Below, one piece after another: positions 59,986 to 64,000 of a stretch of DNA of 64,000 nucleotides; positions within the stretch are counted from its first letter, which is position 1, and each line of letters starts with the position of its first letter. The stretch is from contig OY762721.1 in NCBI GenBank assembly GCA_963666345.1, positions 2,688,001-2,752,000 of the forward strand. The letters run 5' to 3'. This DNA comes from Desulfatiglandales bacterium (lineage in GTDB: Bacteria > Desulfobacterota > DSM-4660 > Desulfatiglandales > Desulfatiglandaceae). The position numbers and the translations under genes were made by a program. The notes under the pieces were generated by a model that saw nothing but the letters and a program-made list of their open reading frames with translations, was not told the origin of the DNA and made no database searches.

Positions 59986-60061
59986 AAATAAGTCGAAGGG
60001 TCGCCCATTTAAAATTTTGTAAAACAACAAACAGCTCTCCACTGGAACAAACAGAATTATC

Positions 60062-60137
60062 ATGAGTATAAGCCTGGGTTTTGTAGATGTTCGCGATGTG
60101 GCTGCTCACATTTTGGCAATGGAAAATTATTATATCC
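60062..60137 (+). pseudogene. Small fragment of an NAD-dependent epimerase/reductase
   Basis: GFVDVRDVAAHILAME motif, cut by the element at 60138. Confidence 0.45.
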
Positions 60138-60595
60138 GGATCATCTCCAAAAGAGTTGGTCTAAATGAAGGATTCGAGGGTTCAAGGGGCCGCGGGTTCG
60201 AGTGAAAAGCTTAAAGATCATAGGCAGTTAAACGTTAGACAAAAATTGCATACACCTTGTTTGCATATGGTTCAGCCTGTGAATTGGAAACCCGGGACAT
60301 GACATCAGCTGACCTGGGTTATTTGAAAAAAGAGCGGCTTCAAAAATTAAGAAGGGAAATAGGGGATGTCGGGGCAATGTTCAAAGCGATGATCAAATCC
60401 CCGGAAAGAAAGCCCTTGAAACCGGGAACCCGCTGCGAAGCAGTGGGACTGAGCGAAGCGTAAGCGGAGCAAAGAAACCGGGAACCCGCCCTGAGCTGGC
60501 CGAAGGATGGGACTGCGCGAAGCGTAAGCGAAGCAAAGAATCCTTGAATCCTTGACTCCTTGGACCTTCTTCGACAACTAAGTTGGAGAAGAACC
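60138..60595 (+). mobile_element. Family-1 non-autonomous element (458 bp) with a perfect 8-bp target duplication
   Basis: TTATATCC at 60130-60137 and 60596-60603; same termini as the 45376 copy; internally deleted four-helix-bundle gene. Confidence 0.92.
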
Positions 60596-60667
60596 TTATA
60601 TCCTTATAGGATTATTTGGTTAATTACTCGCGCTCCCCCATGTATACCCGAAAAAAGGGACCTTCTT

Positions 60668-61561
60668 TTAATAGGCCTTTAGCTTCCCGTGCCTTTTCCC
60701 GATTACCTCGAGCGTCTCGTTAACGACTAAAAAGGCATCCGAATCGATCCCATAAACAAGCCTTTTAATCTTGGGCAGCTCCGTAAGAGATGCCACAGTG
60801 AAGATCACATTTTTTTCTTTTCCGGTGTATGCCCCTTCTCCCTTCAGAAACGTAACTCCCCGATTTGCCTTTTTCATGATTTTATCGGCGATGGCGGTTG
60901 CATTTTTTGAGATAATCAGGATGGACTTCCTCCGATTGAATCCGGTAAGGACCGCTTCCATCATCCGAGCGCTTGCGTAATAGAAAATAACGGAATAAAG
61001 TGCCCTTTCCAGGTCGAAGAGCAGTGCTCCAACCAACAAAATAAAGGCATTAAAAAAGAAATTCACCGTCCCGATCCTGAAACCGAATTTTCGGTGAAAA
61101 TAAATGCTAAGGATGTCAAGCCCCCCGGCCGAGCCGATGGACCTCAAAATTATACCACCGCCCACGCCGCATATGACACCAGCAAGCAGAGCAGATAGGA
61201 TCGGGTCTTTCAAAGGGACTACAGGAGCCTGATAAACGGCGGCAAATGAAAAAAACACAATTCCGTAAATACTATACAACATGAATTTTCTGCTTATGGT
61301 CAACCATCCCAAAAGAATGAGGGGGAGGTTCAGCAGAAAGTAAATGGGGCCGACATCCAGGGTCGGATTCAGATAGTGGACAACCATGGCGACCCCTATC
61401 AGTCCTCCGCTCATAAAGCCTTTCGGGATCAAAATACTGTTCAAACCGATGATAAAGATGATACTCCCGAGGGATATCAACATGAGATTGAAACAAATCT
61501 CTTTTGCGGGTGCGGCAATATGCCTAATCGCGAGACCTTGGTTCAGGGTAAGGGTGCTCAT
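60668..61561 (-). CDS. YitT-family membrane protein
   Basis: GFMSGGLIG, NLPL, GSAGGLDIL, RGVT and GAYTG motifs; start uncertain. Confidence 0.88.
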   Translation of the reverse strand: MSTLTLNQGLAIRHIAAPAKEICFNLMLISLGSIIFIIGLNSILIPKGFMSGGLIGVAMVVHYLNPTLDVGPIYFLLNLPLILLGWLTISRKFMLYSIYGIVFFSFAAVYQAPVVPLKDPILSALLAGVICGVGGGIILRSIGSAGGLDILSIYFHRKFGFRIGTVNFFFNAFILLVGALLFDLERALYSVIFYYASARMMEAVLTGFNRRKSILIISKNATAIADKIMKKANRGVTFLKGEGAYTGKEKNVIFTVASLTELPKIKRLVYGIDSDAFLVVNETLEVIGKRHGKLKAY

Positions 61562-61729
61562 ATCTAATAAGGATCTCCTTATACTTTTTTGAAGTTTTCT
61601 CTCCGGTGCGAGGGGCCCGGCCGGACCGTCCTCGTAACGCCTCCATTTCACAACGTAATAGGCTTTAGTGAGGGTGGTTAAGAGCCCAATTTTCAGCCGC
61701 TCTTTAAAACCTGTTCTCTACCGATCTTA

Positions 61730-61745
61730 AGCAACAAAAGTGCCA
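61730..61745 (-). promoter_or_regulatory. sigma54 promoter for the yitT-like gene
   Basis: TGGCACTTTTGTTGCT. Confidence 0.72.
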
Positions 61746-62091
61746 AATCAGATAACTTGCTGTTTTTTAATTTGATTTTATTTTAGATGCCAGATTGATT
61801 CTGAACCTTTAGTTCCGATTATTTGAGGCAGCATATGAGGCTCTATCTCGAAAACCGGGAATTCATGCCTTCATCTCTTTGAATTTATAGAAGAATATCA
61901 AAAGCGGGATTTCAATTTCCGGTCGGTCAATACCCGGAAGCAATGATTCCTAATCCATTGTCTCTTTCTTTTGTTGACATCTCCGTAAAAAGATATAATT
62001 TTCCTGGTTGACTACTTCTTTTTAACCCCGATGTCGCATAATGATAATTAACAGGCGGGCGCGGCCTTTATTTAACTTGCCGGAGTAAAGC

Positions 62092-63492
62092 ATGAAAAAT
62101 ATCCTCGTCATATCCCCGGGTCATGATGCCTTTCGGATTATTCGCAGTTGTTATCGCTCCGGTTACCGAATTGAAATGTCCCCTGACAGGGTTCAGGCCC
62201 TGGAGCTTTTGAAAAAGCGGCGTTATGATTTCCTGTTCATCGATCTCGACATACTGAAGGAGTCAATAACGGACAACGGCTACAAATCGGCCCTCCTGGC
62301 CTACTGGAATGTCTTCCCGACCATTGAAACAATTGTCATGTCATCCCCGGACATGATCAGGGAATGCGTCATGGCTGTAAAGGCGGGGGCAAGCAACTAT
62401 CTCACCTATCCCCTGAATCCGGATGAAGTTAAATTTGTCATCGAGAGCATCTATGAATCTCTTATCATTCAGTCCGAACTGGACTATCTTCGGGACCAGT
62501 TCTGGCAGGCGGAGGTCCTGGAGCTTGTACAGACCAGAAATCCCTTGATGAAAAAGGTTTTTGAAAAGGTCCGCTCCGTAGCGCCTACCAAGAGCACGGT
62601 CATTCTCGTCGGGGAGACCGGCACGGGAAAGGGTGTGATGGCTAATCTTATCCACATGCACAGCAATCGCAGGGATGCCCCATTCATCAGCGTTCACTGC
62701 GGGGCGATTCCTGACACCCTGCTGGAGAGCGAATTGTTTGGTCATGAGAAAGGCGCTTTTACCGGTGCGACAAAACGAAAGCTGGGAAAGTTTGAAATCG
62801 CCAAAGGGGGTACGATCTTTCTGGACGAGATCGGAACCATAACACCCTCAGCTCAGATCAAACTTCTACAGGTTCTACAGGACGGGGATTTTCAACGTGT
62901 GGGCGGCGAGGAAACCATCAAAACCGATGCCAGGGTGATTGCCGCAACCAATGCCGATCTAAAAAAAATGTGTGATGACGGTCTCTTCAGAAAAGACCTG
63001 TATTATCGATTGAATGTTTTCCCAATCGATCTCCCTCCACTTCGGGACCGCATTGAGGACGTCCCTCATTTTGTGGATGTCTTTCTAAAAAAGATGAACC
63101 AGTTCTACGGCAAGGGCATTTATGATATTGATGCTCGCGTTACAGAGGCATTCATGAACTATTCCTGGCCCGGAAATATCAGGGAACTCGATAATCTCAT
63201 TGAGCGTGCCTACATCCTGGGATCCTTCTCCATTTTGACCCCCGAAAGTTTTCCAAGCGAACTTTTCGATTTCGAAACTCAGGGGTCGTGCCCGTTATCC
63301 GATGAATCTTTTACTCTGGCGGAGGCACGGAGGCGAGGACTTGGAATAATAGAAAAGACATACCTTGAAGAACAATTGGCGAAGCATCACGGTAAAATTT
63401 GTATTACAGCCACATCCTCGGGCATTACCCCCCGCCAACTGCATAAACTGATGAAGAAGTACGGTCTCCGAAAAGAGGCATACAAACAATGA
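62092..63492 (+). CDS. sigma54-dependent activator with an atypical REC domain
   Basis: GETGTGKG, ESELFGHEKGAFTGA, FLDEIG and WPGNIREL; the REC domain lacks the N-terminal acidic pair. Confidence 0.92.
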   Translation: MKNILVISPGHDAFRIIRSCYRSGYRIEMSPDRVQALELLKKRRYDFLFIDLDILKESITDNGYKSALLAYWNVFPTIETIVMSSPDMIRECVMAVKAGASNYLTYPLNPDEVKFVIESIYESLIIQSELDYLRDQFWQAEVLELVQTRNPLMKKVFEKVRSVAPTKSTVILVGETGTGKGVMANLIHMHSNRRDAPFISVHCGAIPDTLLESELFGHEKGAFTGATKRKLGKFEIAKGGTIFLDEIGTITPSAQIKLLQVLQDGDFQRVGGEETIKTDARVIAATNADLKKMCDDGLFRKDLYYRLNVFPIDLPPLRDRIEDVPHFVDVFLKKMNQFYGKGIYDIDARVTEAFMNYSWPGNIRELDNLIERAYILGSFSILTPESFPSELFDFETQGSCPLSDESFTLAEARRRGLGIIEKTYLEEQLAKHHGKICITATSSGITPRQLHKLMKKYGLRKEAYKQ

Positions 63493-63719
63493 GATTTTTC
63501 AAGGTCTCTTTTCAGCCGGAACCTAAAATTCCTATCGAGACTTTTTAGGAACTTCAATCTCCTGTTTTAGATTACCATATCATACCGGGAAATTACCCGA
63601 ACTTTGAAACCTATCCGAGATATCAGAAGATTTTCCATCCTGCGAATCGGAATCGGAAGTTCCGTTTCATATCCACCCTGTAATAACTAATATCAAGCAA
63701 AATCTGCAAGTTGGACTAT

Positions 63720-63735
63720 TGGCACGGCTATTGCT
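63720..63735 (+). promoter_or_regulatory. sigma54 promoter
   Basis: TGGCACGGCTATTGCT, near-perfect consensus. Confidence 0.8.
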
Positions 63736-63772
63736 GTATGCCGGGGGCATGGATGCTCGTCGAAAAAAAAAT

Positions 63773-64000
63773 ATGAATGATACCCGGGAAACCGGCGGTT
63801 TGAACAAAAACCTGACCACGTTGAAAGGTGTTCTCATCCCGGTGGATTGGGATGACGACGGTGGCATTACTGCAGTGGCTCTTTCCACTTCAGATGAAAA
63901 GAAATATTTGGTCGTCAAGGATGAAAAAGGAGATCAGTTGATCCCCCTGGTTCGGGAGGAACTGGAGCTTACCGGCGTAGTAAAAACAACTGAAAATAAA
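63773..64000 (+). CDS. Hypothetical protein, runs off the window end
   Basis: Open frame MNDTRE...KGVLIPVDWDDDG...ELTGVV downstream of the sigma54 promoter. Confidence 0.6.
   Translation, partial: MNDTRETGGLNKNLTTLKGVLIPVDWDDDGGITAVALSTSDEKKYLVVKDEKGDQLIPLVREELELTGVVKTTENK

Overview
This is a 64-kb bacterial chromosomal window. The gene content (sigma54 regulators, B12 radical SAM enzymes, a selenoprotein, fused cobA/hemD) suggests an anaerobic Desulfobacterota/deltaproteobacterium; this is an inference. Bases 1-28,100 are mostly housekeeping genes (nfeD/SPFH, ispD, hemC, cobA-hemD, UvrD-like helicase, transporters). They are interrupted by an uncharacterised sigma54-controlled module at 5.2-15.6 kb: acyltransferase, B12 radical SAM, V4R/GAF histidine kinase, enolase-family enzyme and PP-loop ATPase, with a divergent NtrC-type activator and three phased palindromic sites. 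Bases 28-54 kb are an accessory patchwork: toxin-antitoxin genes, degenerate attC-like cassette ends, REP-associated tyrosine transposase remnants, a KamA/2x ATP-grasp/GNAT-HDAC/GNAT operon and a selenoprotein split at its UGA. Bases 54-64 kb carry a GntR-TRAP-allE-allA module and a sigma54 regulator. The clearest structure the ORF track misses is a family of four 270-550 bp non-autonomous elements. They have ISL3-like terminal inverted repeats, 8-bp target duplications, inverted 8-nt tandem-repeat arms and a dead four-helix-bundle gene; one copy splits a higA gene cleanly. I saw no rRNA, tRNA, CRISPR array, intact transposase or integrase. All calls come from motif recognition by eye, with no database search.
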